NCBI GenBank assembly: GCA_977016875.1
Contig: CDRNST010000036.1
Coordinates: forward strand, 2,604,001 to 2,668,000
Direction of reading: 5' to 3'
Source: Pavona decussata
Lineage: Eukaryota
Length of the DNA stretch: 64,000 nt
Positions 12,232 through 25,164 of this stretch are shown here, one piece after another. The notes beneath the pieces were generated by a model. It saw only the letters and a list, made by a program, of their open reading frames with translations, was not told the DNA's origin and did not search any database. Both the position numbers and the translations under genes were made by a program. Position 1 is the stretch's first letter. Each line of letters starts with the position of its first letter.

Positions 12232-14470
12232 CGTATGTTTCGAAAACGAAGACCCCAAAAGCGAAGACCGAAGACCTAAGACCCCCTCATCGAAAACGAA
12301 GACCCCCTGATCGAAAACGAAGACCCTTTCGCCTCAGCTCAGACCTAAAGACAAATTCTGTCTAGTGCCTTTGTCAGTATTGACATACACAAGACAGCGT
12401 TTGTATTAAACTGCGATTTAGGGGAAATTAGGTATCATTACAAATCCTGGGAGGGGAAGGAGTGAGTTGACAATACTCGTGTTCGTTTACCTAAAACACG
12501 GAATCCGGAATCTGGAATAAAAAAAAAAAACAAAAATGAAAACTCGTCGCCATGAAACTTTCAGCGAAGGTTAAAGTCACTCGGGAAACAGTTTTTATAG
12601 CTTTTGAAAAATTATAATATCAGTCAGGAGCCCAGTGAAATTTTCAAAAGTTTGCCTAAGTGTTAGTATCCTAAGACAGTCCCTTTAAAGCGTAAAACTT
12701 AACAAAACGACACCTATCTATTTTTAAAAAATGAAATAAACAGAATCCGTAAATCAGGAAAGACTTTCTTTTCTTTCTGTTTTTCTTTTTCTGTGCAACT
12801 TGCCGTATGCTGATTGGCTTGTGAGTAGGGGATTTTCGTTCTTTCGGAAAAGCTAGGGGAGAGGGATGTGTACGATTGGTGGTGATTTGACAGGCACAGT
12901 AGGCAAATTAGCGCATTCACAATGGTGACGATGGAAATATATCTTTACACATGTCATAACATTGTGACTAACGTCTATTACGGCTCAACAAATTGTTTGG
13001 GCATAAGGGTGGGAATGGGGCTTAAAATATTTAGACTTATTACCTCTAAATCAAATCAATAGATCTATGGCTTCCAAGGTATCTAGAATTAGAGGATATA
13101 AAATAATTTGTTATCTACAGCCTGCTATTGTGATTACTAAATTATGGGAAATCGTTCACAGGCTCCTGAAGTTCTTACGGTATTTAAAAAAAGGCCATCG
13201 ACATAAAACGTTTCCTTTGTACCGGCAGCTCGACACTCTTTTGTAAAAAGGTGCATAAATGAACACATGCATACATGATTGAACGTACGAATGTATGCCG
13301 GCAGGCATGACAGAACCACGACCGAGTGAGTGAGTGAGCGAAGGATTGAAGGGATTGAAAGAATGAACGAACGAACGGACAGACGGATGAGTTGATAAAT
13401 GAATAAATAACTTTGCCCGCTGTCTATCCAGGGGCCCGTTTCTCGAAAGTCCCGGTAACTTATCGGGCCCGAAATCAAATATTCAAATGAAAATCTAAAG
13501 AATAAAAGTGCGGGTCGTAGCTAACAAACCAGTCCATTTTGTTTTGTTAACTGATAGTTTTGTCATATTGTCTGCAAAACTATTGAAACCTCGACCTTGA
13601 ATGTAAACAACAACAGCTTTCTGGGCCAGTTAATTATCGGGACTTTCGAGAAACGGGCCCCAGGGTTGGTGCCAATTCAAAGCTTTTTTTTTTAAGATGA
13701 AATCTAAGCCACCCCAATGCGGATTTGTTTCAAGACTTTTTATATTATTATGCAAAGACAGTGAGTCATGCGAAGAGTTGATGAGTGATAAACGCAACAC
13801 TGACTCTTTTCTCTAGTTACGTTTCATTGTCTATCTACGTGGTATGGCAGGAGGAAACGTTATCGAGTAGGAAGAGGTGTGGGGGTATTTAAGCGTACGT
13901 TTGAAGATTGGGAACCTTTATTCCAAATGAGTGGCTCAATTGCCTAAGCAATTGAAATCTAAGGGAAACTTTTGAAAATTTCACTGGGCTCCTGACTGAT
14001 ATTACAATTTTCCAAAAGCTATAAAAACTGTTTCCCAAGTGACTTTAACCTTCGTTGAAATTTAAATGTCGACGAATTTTCATTTTTGTCTTTTCTTTTA
14101 TTCTGGATTCCGGATTCTGGATTCCAGATTCCGGTTTCCGGATTCCGGATTCCGGATTCCGTGTTTTAGGTAAACGAACACGAGTGTTGTCAACCCACTC
14201 CTTCCCCTCCCAGGATTTGTAATGATACCTAATTTTCCCCTAAATCGCAGTTTAATACAAATGCTGTCTTGTGTATGTCAATACTGACAAAGGCACTTGA
14301 CAGAATTTGTCTTTAGGTCTGAGCTGAGGCGAAAGGGTCTGCGTTTTCGATCAGGGGGTCTTCGTTTTCAATGAGGGGGTCTTCGTTTTCGATCAGGGGT
14401 CTTTGTTTTCGATCAGGGGGTCTTAGGTCTTCGGTCTTCGCTTTTGGGGTCTTCGTTTTCGAAACATCCG
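12232..14470. mobile_element. Non-autonomous DNA transposon with long (~430-510 bp) TIRs and an 8-bp TSD, superfamily unassigned
   Basis: TSD AGCGATCA at 12224-12231 and 14471-14478. Ends CG(T/G)ATGTTTCGAAAACGAAGACCCC. Inverted identity extends to ~12660 / ~13957. Confidence 0.9.
13432..13660. mobile_element. Harbinger-like MITE
   Basis: TIR GGGCCCGTTTCTCGAAAGTCCCG; 3-bp TSD CAG (13429-13431, 13661-13663). Confidence 0.85.
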
Positions 14471-14476
14471 AGCGAT

Positions 14477-14488
14477 CACGTGACGTCA
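14477..14488. promoter_or_regulatory. Overlapping E-box/CRE (CACGTGACGTCA), ~80 bp upstream of the HECT1 ATG before the MITE inserted
   Basis: The motif is seen directly; its function is inferred. Confidence 0.35.
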
Positions 14489-14629
14489 GTGACTTGATGT
14501 AAACATTTCAATCGAAATGCTTAACGATTCCATTGAGAGACTGCCAGTCTGAATCAAAGAATTCAGGTTTTAAAACCGTGGGATTGAAGGGCAAACTGTA
14601 TTAACGGGAGTTTTAAAATTTTTGAGCTC

Positions 14630-15060
14630 GAAATTAAACATTTAAATTTGCAGTTTGAATGTTTGATGTAACAATCGAGTGATTGAGCTGAAGGACTGCA
14701 TTTTTTAATTTAGAAGTGCCTATTTGAATCGAGGGATGGAATGTTTGCTGTGAAAGATCTAATGTTTGAATTGAAGAATGACATTTTTGGATTGAAAAAA
14801 GGGTGTTTGGATTGAAGGATCGAATGTTTTAAACAAACACTTTCATATTTGATTTGAAGGATCGAAAGTTTGAACCGAACAATTGCAGATTTGAATAGAA
14901 GGATTGAATGTTTGAATTGAAGGATTGAATGTTTGAGTTGAAGGACTGAATGTTTGAATTGAAGGATTGAATAATTGAGTTGTAGAATTGAATGTTTGAA
15001 TTGAAGGATTGAATATTTTAGTTGAAGAATTGAATGTTTGAATTGATAGTTTGAATTTTG
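14630..15060. repeat. Subterminal tandem array of element 1, 21-bp unit TTGAATGTTTGAATTGAAGGA
   Basis: Read directly; it decays inward and produces the spurious IQTFNPS repeat ORF. Confidence 0.9.
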
Positions 15061-15944
15061 ACACTAAAATATCACGCCATATCAGCGCCATATTAGTGAC
15101 TCATGTCATTTTTTGGTTGAATATATTTTCTAGCTTGTGTTGTTCATATGTTCTTTTAAAAAATACATTTTGCAATGGCACGCAAGAGAATCTGATATGC
15201 TTTTTTGTGTGGGGAAACTACGTTCTTTTCCTTGCACATCCAAAATATATGTAGATTGAATTTTGTTAATGAAACCTTAAGCTGAATAGTTGGAATCGTG
15301 AAAAGTTACATCAAATTAATGATGTTCAGAACCTACATTTTGTTAGTTGGTCCATTTGAGAATTAATTGTCTATTCAGCAGTATATCAATCACTTTATGT
15401 GAGTGTCACTAAGTTAAAGTAGCAGTTATACACCTCTAAATGTTACAATAAAATAAATTGCAGATTTATATTAAAATTAAGCTACTTTGGCAGTACCAGT
15501 TTATATTAATTTCAACTTTAAAACAATATTTTAAATTCTGCTGTGTTGTCGCAGATCAATTTGCTACAGCAAATTGGATCGTGAAATAAGCAGCCAATCA
15601 GTGTTTTTTTCCGCCGTGCCCTGTGCAACGTAATTTTCCATGTCATCACAGTTGGAGGACAGGGAAGATAATTTAGTGTGTACCAAATCAGTGTCTCCAC
15701 CTTCATGATCACATTCCCCAGATGTGGGATTGTTCTGATGCTGACCATCTCTATACAGATAGTAATGTTATCTCACTTTAGACGCATTAAGTTGACCTCA
15801 CCATCTTTCACAGGGCTTATAACTTTGACATAACCCTGACTGTGATGTCCTGCATTGAGTTAACTTGCAGATTACTTAAAACTACAATTGTAGCACTTTG
15901 GCTAGTGATGTCATTCAAACTTGTGGTTTCCTTGCGGCTGCTTG

Positions 15945-16310
15945 TTTTCTCAAGAGGCTGATCTGATGCAAGAAAACCGAAATAATAACCACAAAGCAAT
16001 GGGTCCTAACAAGACCAGCAAAGCTGTGGAAAGATCAACAAAGGCATCAGGGGGAGAGGAGTGCATTGTACAAAACTTTGATAAGATTAGCATGCTTGCT
16101 TCTCAAACAAGCACACATACGCACAAGAGCTCAGAAAGAGATGAACAATTAATCAGTTAGGATCTCAGGAAGTTGTATCCTTTCAAGAACACCCCAGGAA
16201 GATGTCGTCCTTCATTACCCCAGCAACATGCTCATCTCCTTGAAAAGGTGGACTTTGCTGCACTACATGCCTGGATAAGAAGTCACATGCATAATATGAG
16301 TAATCGGTAA
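15945..16310 (+). pseudogene. C-terminal remnant of an Academ-type transposase
   Basis: ADLMQENRN..MGPNKTSKAVERSTKA..NFD..HTHKSSERDE..*DLRKLYPFKNTPGR..LHAWI, read through one in-frame TAG (16158-16160). Resembles the cnidarian AcademH transposase tail and is convergent with the RecQ helicase. Confidence 0.55.
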
Positions 16311-17874
16311 ATTTGTTATGTTATTTTGTAAGTGAAAATTATTAAGTTTTAAATTAGGGGCATATTCAAATTAGTTCATACCGTATTTTCTTGATTAAAT
16401 GCTGAGAGCACAATGAGCATTAGTGTTTTTGGGGCTGGCATGTGACATTAATTTTGACAAGCACAAATTTGCTGTTCAGGTATCAAGTCCACTAAAATAT
16501 AAAAGAATGTTAAAAAAGTATATATACATATGATTGCAAAACCGTTCACACCTCTAGAGCATAAACCGTGAACGATGAGACCCAAAGGATTTGTGGGTAG
16601 TGTTTAAATAATAACGTCATTTCCATAATCAATAATTTATCATTCTCATTCTTTGCAATAAAAAATACAGTGCTGACTTGATTCTTCTGAATAATTTTCT
16701 ACCAGATGTTGCTTAAATTCATTGCCTGTTTTGAACTTAGGCAAATTGTGAATTGTATGTCACTCAAATTGGCCCTTGTTGACCAACTTGGACACTTTAA
16801 AGTAAGCTTGGAGAGTTTCCATCAATCACCAAGTGCAATTAATTTTGGTCATCAACCGCCGCACGAGAATAGAATATTATGCAAATAAATTTGGTACACT
16901 TATACCCATTAAGCCATTGGGTCTCATCATTCATGGTTTATGCTTTTTAGGTGTCAACGTTTTTGCAATCGAGTGTATACGAGGCCAAAATGTCTCTTTC
17001 ATTTCTGAGTTGCAGATTTGTCTGTTTGTAGCCCCCATGATAGGTCCGCATTCAAATGAACCCTGGACTTCAAAGCTTGATTAAACATCAGGGCTATTTT
17101 TTCTGGCCCTTGCATTCAATTGGGAAAACACTTTATACAGTTTCAGAGTAATTTTCTGATTGAGATAAGTTTCTACATGTAGTGTTACAGTTCCTCTTCT
17201 TTAAAATTACTGTATACTCGAAGGGTAATAAAACCAGTGAAGGAGAAATAATTTTGGTACATCATTTACAAGTTGCCATGGCAATAATACACCAAAGTCA
17301 GTGAAACCTAAAAGTCGAGATCAGTGAGGAATCTTACATGATATAAGCTCCAAAATTGGTGTCACTGGTTGATTTTACCATAGCAGTACCATATTTGGTA
17401 AAATGAATTCATCACTACCAATTTTAATTTCATTGACTTATTGTTTTGTTATCTCCTTGAAGTATACTGTATTTTAAACTTTAGACTGGTCTTAGCCACA
17501 GGCTACAGCACTGTAACGTACGCGTGCTTTACTTTGCCTTTAACCCTTTTCAGACTGGGCTTTCTTTTTCTGTTCTGAGGAGACCTACCACATCCCTAAT
17601 ATGATCATGAAATCTTGACTGGGGTCTACAGGTCCAATACCCAGGTGCTGTCAGACTCATAACCCCTCCCAACAGAAACGAACTTTTGTTCACTGTCAAA
17701 CGATTGCAAAAAATTTCCTCAGCAACTGACTTTGAAAATATTGATAAATTAGCCATCAGACGTGACAACGAGGAAATGTCATTTGTTTTAGAAACAATGA
17801 CTGGCAACACGTCTGTGGTGATAGAACAAGTTCCAATCATAGTTGGCGACTATTTCTATCACTTTTAAGTGATG

Positions 17875-18731
17875 TCAAGTATGCTTGTAGATTGACCACA
17901 ATTGTATCAGAGACAGAGTCATGGTATACAGTCGCTTCTGCCGTGGTAACTTCTGCTGTGGTAGGTTCTGCGGTTGTAGACTAAGCAGTTTCAGAGTCAC
18001 TGGAGGTGGAGCATCTAAAAAATACATCAGTTGTTTCCTCAAACACTTTCCAGTACTCTTACAATATGATCGAATATTATCTGTCATCCCAGGTTTGTTA
18101 GCAGCCATAGCCCTGTTGTTATAATAGAGAGTGGCCCTGGACTGTTGGCCGTCTCTCCCTGCTTGACCAGCCTCGTGATAATACTCTTGTACTGATCGGG
18201 GTGGACCAATATGAATTACCTCTCTTACACATGGAATGTCAACACCCATTCCCATGGCCATTGCGGCAAAAAGAACTCTGCATTTGCTATCAGGCTGGGA
18301 AAGTTGGGTTAAAATTGCTTCTTTCATTTGGTCAGTTTGGGGGGAATGAAACTGACCAAACAAACGGTTTTCTGGAATGGATGGGCATCTTTCTCTATTA
18401 AAATTCCTTGAAATAAGTTATACGCCTCAGCACATTATAGTCGGGGAAGGTACAGTATAATCAATGGGAACTTCCCTCCTCCAAAAGAGGTTCAGCAATA
18501 GGCTGAAGAATACTAGCGGAAATGTCGTCTTCTCTATATATTTTGGCCAAAAAAATGTTTGCCCTGTCAAGATTCCCAACAACCATCCTAGGCTTCGTGA
18601 GGTGCAAAGTGCTCGTGATGACTTCCCTGTCGCTTTGTGTTGCCGTTGCAGTTAGAGCAGCAACAAGGGGATTGGGAAATAGGGCTGCCAAAATACCTAA
18701 TTTGCCATAGTCTGGTCTGAAGTCTTCGCCC
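17875..18731 (-). pseudogene. RecQ-like SF2 helicase fragment (AcademH-type)
   Basis: (W)GEDFRPDYGKLG..ALTATA, VLFAAMAMGMGVD, VIHIGPPRSVQEYYHEAGQAGRDG, C-terminal CLRKQL. Acceptor at 18732; frameshifts present. Confidence 0.8.
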
Positions 18732-19379
18732 CTGTATTAAAAATACACTTATAAAATGTATTATAATCAGAACTAAAGTAACCTGTTGTATATTACAGGG
18801 TTAGAAACTTTAATGTGGGAGCACTTGCCATCCCGGTGAGTGACAGAGTAAGTTTAAGAATGCACTCAAGTTATCCATGATTTGTACTTGCGTGCCCAAC
18901 AGAATACAAACTGGCATTAGTGTATGGATGTGGGTGAATTATTACTAAATTTCTTGCAGTCAGAAGATGATTATGTCAAAGTCTCCCGCCCCTCTTTACG
19001 ACTTTGAGTTAGCTTCCCTTCGTAATTTTAATGTATTTGCTTGGTTTTATGTTAGTCTAACCTATTAACTGTATAGAAGTGTCTTCACTGTTATTTAGTC
19101 CATCTATATATGGATAAACGTTGTACTTGTAATTTGTCCTCAGATCTTCCCGCCTTGATTAGTTCATAAGCCGTTTGCGGGGGGAAAAGTAGTATAATTA
19201 GTTATATTTCTAATTTCCAATAAAATGTTGTTGTTGATGTTGTAATGAAACAACAGCTGACGTGACCATAACAGGCATCCAAACATAAGGTATCTGTACC
19301 TATTCTCGGACACTTCGTGTTTCCTCCCACTTCTTCGCAACGTTGATAGACTAAAGTGGAGGAATTATTTATCTTTTAA

Positions 19380-22300
19380 GAGGGAATGTCTACTAACACC
19401 GAGCGAGGGGTGGCACATGATAAAAAATGAAAGTCCTTCACCATTTGACTAAGGATACCCTATGGAAGCTCTAGTGACGTGGTGGTTTTGATTTCTCGGA
19501 ATTCTTTTTTAAACCCAGAAAAATTGAATAAAATCTCTTCGGGCCCAATTGTCTATAAAAGCACCCAAAATGGACGTGGCCCATACCTTCTCTCAACTTC
19601 GCTCAGTTTAATTCGCATAGATAAAAAACCTCATTTTAAGCTTGGAAATGTGCAGTTGAAGTGTTTACGAATCGTTTGAGGCCAATAATAGATCTCTGCT
19701 TTAGTTTTGAAGGTCATGGGGAAGGTACCGAAAGTTACTAAAATTGGCTTAGTCGAAATTCTCAATTTGGCGCACTTTTTCAGGAGAGAGCTTCCCTACC
19801 CGGTAAAACACCGAATCACTTGAAATTTAGAATTCTTGATTGACTAAATGCCGTTCTAAAACCAGGTTTAAAAATCAGTTTCGGGCTTTCTATCAGCGCT
19901 GAGAAATAACGCTGTCAAAATCCCGATAATTGCAACATTATCTGTCAACAACTGTAAGCGATAAACATGTTTCTGTCAAAATCACCGAAGACTTTTGTAA
20001 TTTTTTTGTTGTTTCCCTCAATATTACGATGGACCAAACAACAGAAAGCTCATATTTAGCTCACCTTGAATAAGATGCCATCTAAGTATCAGTTTCTTCG
20101 CTTAATGTACCATACAAAGCCATCATAGCTTGAAGGGTTGATAATTGATCTCCTTCAGTGACTAATGACTTCTGCTTATCGCATTCACGTCACTTGGCAA
20201 ATGCCACTGAATTGAAGGGGCAAAAATCCTTTGACGGTAACAAAACCCTGTCGGCTCATAGAAAATATTAACAGAAATATCTTATTTTAAAGCTCTCCAC
20301 AGTCATCTCAGAAACCGCCGGACTTTATAATCTTCCGTCTTCGACTCTTTTGACTGTACTTGTTTCGGTCACGCAACGGCTTCCTTCGGAGTGATTGGTT
20401 TTTCTTACATATGGCCGAGATCGAAAAAAAAAAATAATAAAAATAAAAATCCAAACATCAGGGCGTCTAAAACTAGTTCCTTTAAAGTTATTTGAACATG
20501 CAAACATGACTGTTCACGCATTAACGCGGATTTTGGATTTCTCCGTGAACAGTGATGTTCGATTCAGGTTGTATATTTCACGACGGTCATGGCGTGTGCG
20601 TGAATGGTTTATTCAGCAAAGATAATTACTTGAATGATGTTCAGAACGAGAGGAAATTGAACAGATACCGGTATAAGGTGATATAAGAAAATTGTGACTT
20701 AACGAGAACTTTTTTAGTTTCTCAACCAGAATGACGTTCGTTCTTTTCGCATGTGTCGGTTTGCCAACATAAATAACAGCTATAAACAAGATAAAAGATA
20801 TACAGACAGATAAGGAGTTCCGTGATCACTGATGATAACAGTACATAATGTACCTGAAAAAGGGTTGGGTGCATCAATTCTTCGTTAACAAGATCGTTAA
20901 AAAAGTTCCGTTTTCTGTTTAATCGTTAATTTTCTCTGAGCTGTAGCACTTATATTTTTTTTAATGTGTTTATTTTAGTTACAAAGATCTGTTGTGTTCT
21001 TATAAACACTGATTGAAATATCGTCACGCACCTGATGGACACACAATGATGATGCTGCAACAATTACCAAATATACAAAATTTCTATATTATAAAACGCT
21101 CGTATTTTTTTGTATTTACGCTGCGTTTAAAGAATTTTCTGATAATTTCAATCATTCTAACGGCCATTTCGGTTGTGACCGGGTGAAATCAGCGTGTACG
21201 ATTTGCGGATGCTTCAATGATCTGACAAGGTGGTCAAACAGAAAAAAGTGTTTTAGTAAACCGTTCAAATCTTTCGTTGGTGCAACTCTAGTGCAAAACC
21301 GTTAAGACAACAACAAACTTAAAGGACCCTTGTCAGCCTCCGCCATTTTCGATGCCATCAAAATTATTGATATCGCATGGTGAAGCTAAATCTTATTGCT
21401 TTGTGTTCCTGAAAGTATGTTTCATTATCTTTAGTAGTTTCACAGTGATTTCGTTCATTTCGACATCCTCCAAATAAAATATAATAGCCAAACTCTCGCA
21501 TATAAACAAAAACAAAGGCGTGGCTGGCTAGGGCACTTTAATGCATACCTCGTGAAATTTCACAGGACAAATACGTTTCGGGACAACACTAGCAGTGTTC
21601 GAATAAATGATGTTTACTCCGAAGTTGAGCTTATCCTAGCGCGCGCGTGATTCTTTCTTCCGCTACATTTCTGTGTAGACCATTATAGACTTGCCACAAG
21701 TCGTCTTCTTAATATACACCGAAAGAGTGACCAACAGGGCGATGGAGTCGTGAGCCGAGCGCCTGACTGGACTCCCACGAAAACGGACTTTGAGAAAGTC
21801 TAACCTATCCCATCTCAGTGAGAAATTGGCCGGTGCAGAGGTGCTAACCAATGACGAGATCCGCATGGGCTCTCTTAACATACTGCAATACTGACAAGGT
21901 GAGAAAAGCAGACCGTGGGATAGGCAAGTCGGAGTCCATAGCTTTATTGCGACAAACCGGTGTACTGATTCCATTGGTCTCTTGAATTGGTAAGTACACC
22001 TTAATTTTGTCATATACGCTGGCCTCCTCTGTAATTGATTTGAGAACAATGGGCCAATTTAGTTTGGAAACAGTGCAATCCAAACGTAGCCTGGACCCAG
22101 GCAGTCGTCATTTTAGGGGACAGCGCTGGTGTTTTGAACTTTGAACTAATCACTACATAAGTCAATAAGTGAGCTTAGCAATCTTTTGCATAGGTATATG
22201 CCGTGACCGCAGGCCTATTGCGGAAGCTACCGAGGCGACACCAAAAACAGTACCAGAAACTCCAAGCATTTGATCGAGCCCGAGGGGATTGGGGGGGGGG

Positions 22301-25164
22301 GTTCTACTCATAGTACACAGTATGTGTGAAACGATAATAAGAGTTAAAATTTAGGTGAGAAAGGCTAGGCCGCAGAAAAATATAGGACCCCCTTTGGCTC
22401 GTCCTTTTGCACAGTTCAGATTCAGAACATAAAATAACTTTATTATATCACATCAGGAGATACATTTAGGTCTATAGACGCACTAAATTCGTACTTGGCA
22501 TCTACAGACGTCAGCCCTATTAGGTCTCACCTAAAACGCCCATCGGAAAATGCGAGCGGACGAACTTTGATGGTGGACAAGGGGTGGCTCCTGTCAGGTA
22601 CATGCCAAGAAATAACACCACATGAGACAGGCGCCCTGTCTCGCGCAATACGTTCACCAGACACGCTGCGTCGCCAGCTCTCTAGTGATAAACATTCTGA
22701 TGTCGCAGCACACCGTTGATGTGCTAAACGAACTTAAAGAGGGTTTTGCATTGACTGTGAAGCAAGCAAAGGCAAACATTTTTACATCGTCATGGAAGGC
22801 CCATTGACCGGCGCTCTATCAACCAAGATGCTCCAAGGGTCGACGTCCTAGGGCAACCTGAAGAGTAATCAGTTTTGGTTGTCCGAAAACCAAAGTGCGC
22901 GATTCAGTATACATGGTATATTCCTTCGCATGTCAGCATAGCTCAGAACTCCTTTTTTTTCTTTTTTGTCTTCTGGAGACGGAGAGGGGGAGGGAATCCC
23001 CCTCCATAACTTCACAAGTATAAAAGGCATGGCAATGTCGGCTATGAGACTCCGAGGAGAGATCGTACGTTCAAGCATGTCTCCTCTGGGGTCCGCAACG
23101 GAGAATGACGTCATATGACAGCTAGACGTGATGGAAGCGGTTGTCATGTGGCCGACACCAGCACTCCCTAGAGCACGAGACGAGAAGTCCTTTGACAGAG
23201 CTTCAGTCGACTATGCGGAGAAGCTTGCGGGACAAACCACGCTGTTACCGGTGGTCAGCATAGTCAGTAAGAGAGCAACAGACTAGATATGGTATGGATA
23301 CTCAAGTCAAGTGCGTTACGAAGGACTCGGTTCTAGTTCACAAGTCCTATTTGACAGCAAACCGGAAGTAAAACAGACCCTGTATGCGACACTTGCAGTG
23401 ACTACATCGTGAAACAAACCATTATTTAATTTATTAGAATGTATTGCTGTGACAAATGATGCAGTTCAAGATCAATGATCGATGTGTGCTGAAGTAGCTA
23501 GCAACCTTAACAGCAGGTTTCTTCTTGCACCTTGCCTCGAAGAAAGTACTGGTGGATGATGAACCAAAAGACGACAACGCGCGGCTGTTCGGGAAAATGA
23601 GCACGCGCTAACCCAACCCCCGCCCCACCCCTATTTTTCATTTACCGTTAGGAAATTCGCATTTCCTTTGGCATTGACCTCTCAGCTGTAACAATTCGAT
23701 GGAAAAAGCCATACATCGACAAACTGCATTCTCTTTGTCAAGGATGCGCATGTCAGCAGTGAGGAGTGATTTTTTTCCGGCTGATAACATTGTTTTGTCC
23801 TGTCCTCAAGAGAACAGTCAGGGTTGAGACCGTAGTGACTTTTGCACGAAGGCGAAAACCAAGGCGTTAATACTTAGTGGTTCTAACAAGAAAAGTGTTC
23901 CCCAAGGTTTCACCTCATCAAAATGCAGAGTATCATACTTTAGCAAGGCTTGCTTTGTGGCTCAGTCCTTTTGGTGTGTATAGATGATAAAAACATTCAG
24001 CTATAAATCGTCGGTCCTATCCACACTTTGGTAAAGATTACATTGTTTTTAATTTGTTTTTCGTTTTCAGCATGTCAGGACACACGTCTTCCCTATGTTT
24101 TTTTCCCAACATAGTCAAACCTAACGTCACGTGAATTAAAAAAGCGTGACATTTTATTGCGTGACCTCGGCCATAAACAGAGTCGAATTAATCCACGAGT
24201 GCTTTCACTTCAAGTAAATCCTGCGAACGGATCTCGAAACGACAGCTCGAAACCAAAAAAAACCGTTTCGAAATTCAAAGAAAATCAAACTCAGCTCCAT
24301 TTTAAACGATCTTCAAGTCGAAAAGAAGTGGTCCGATGGTAAGTCATTTGAGTTTATTGTCGTTCCATTGCAATAAGCGATGATACTTTATCTTGTTGAC
24401 TTCACACATCAAGATGGCTATATAATAATGAAAGGATACAAACCCAACCAAATATCTTATTTAGACAATGCCTTATTGCAGTGAGCGAAACATGACCTTT
24501 CACCGGTGGTTTAAAGCCGAATGCCGAGGTAAACTACTTGAAATTTCAATAGTTTCTCTTAGTTTGGTTGCAGTCATGTGCAGTTTGTTTACACGTTGAT
24601 ATTGCGATTTTCGTGATTTTGAGACCGCTAATGCTCGGCGCTGGTAAAAAGCCCGAAACTATTTTTTAAACCTGGTTTTAGAAAGATACTTCCTTAATAT
24701 ATAATTCTAAATTTGAAGGGTTTTAGTGTTTTACCGGATCGCGAAATTTTCTATTAAAAAAGTGCGCCAAATTCAGAATTTGGAGGGAGCGAATTTTTGA
24801 GATTTTTTGTGGCTCCTCATGACCAGGAAAATTCATCCGCTGAAGTATTTTTGGACTTAGATACTTAATAAACACTTCAAAAGCAAATTTTTAAGAAGAA
24901 AACTGGGTTTTCTTTGATGCGAATTGAACAGAACGAAGTTTACGAGAAGGTGTGAACCATGTTTATTTCGGGTGTTTTTCAAACCACGAGGGGCCGTCAC
25001 TTTTTTCTATTTTTTCCGGTTTAAAAAATATATTTCGGGAAAAAAATCCCACCACGTTTTTTAAACTAGTATGGAGTATCTCTGGACGGAATATGCAGAG
25101 TTTTGATTTTTTCATCATGTGCCACTTTTTTATGATTTCGCTCGGTCTTAGTAGACATTCCCTC
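19380..25164. mobile_element. Sola3-like DNA transposon B with long imperfect TIRs (~520 bp)
   Basis: TTAA TSD (19376-19379, 25165-25168). TIR GAGGGAATGTCTACTAA(C/G)ACCGAGCGA, with inverted similarity to ~19905 / ~24634. Internal relic DVYSEVELILARA at ~21609-21647 (+). Confidence 0.8.

Larger units (their letters stand above)
1..15081. mobile_element. IS3EU-type DNA transposon 1 (left end outside window) with convergent transposase (+) and HECT E3 ligase (-) genes
   Basis: Integrase-like DDE gene at 425-1461 (+), multi-exon HECT gene at 2645-12153 (-), a 21-bp subterminal array at ~14630-15060, and a terminus reading TATGGCG.. on the minus strand (15081; alternative 15092). Same layout as element 34697-42677. 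Confidence 0.75.

Noticed and set aside
14630-15060. CRISPR-like appearance of the 20-36 bp arrays (here, in the TIRs and at 58773-59010)
   Set aside because: Head-to-tail tandem units with no unique spacers, no cas genes, and a eukaryotic context.
17875-18731. Host RECQ/WRN/BLM gene
   Set aside because: Fragmentary, frameshifted and convergent with an Academ-like transposase tail.
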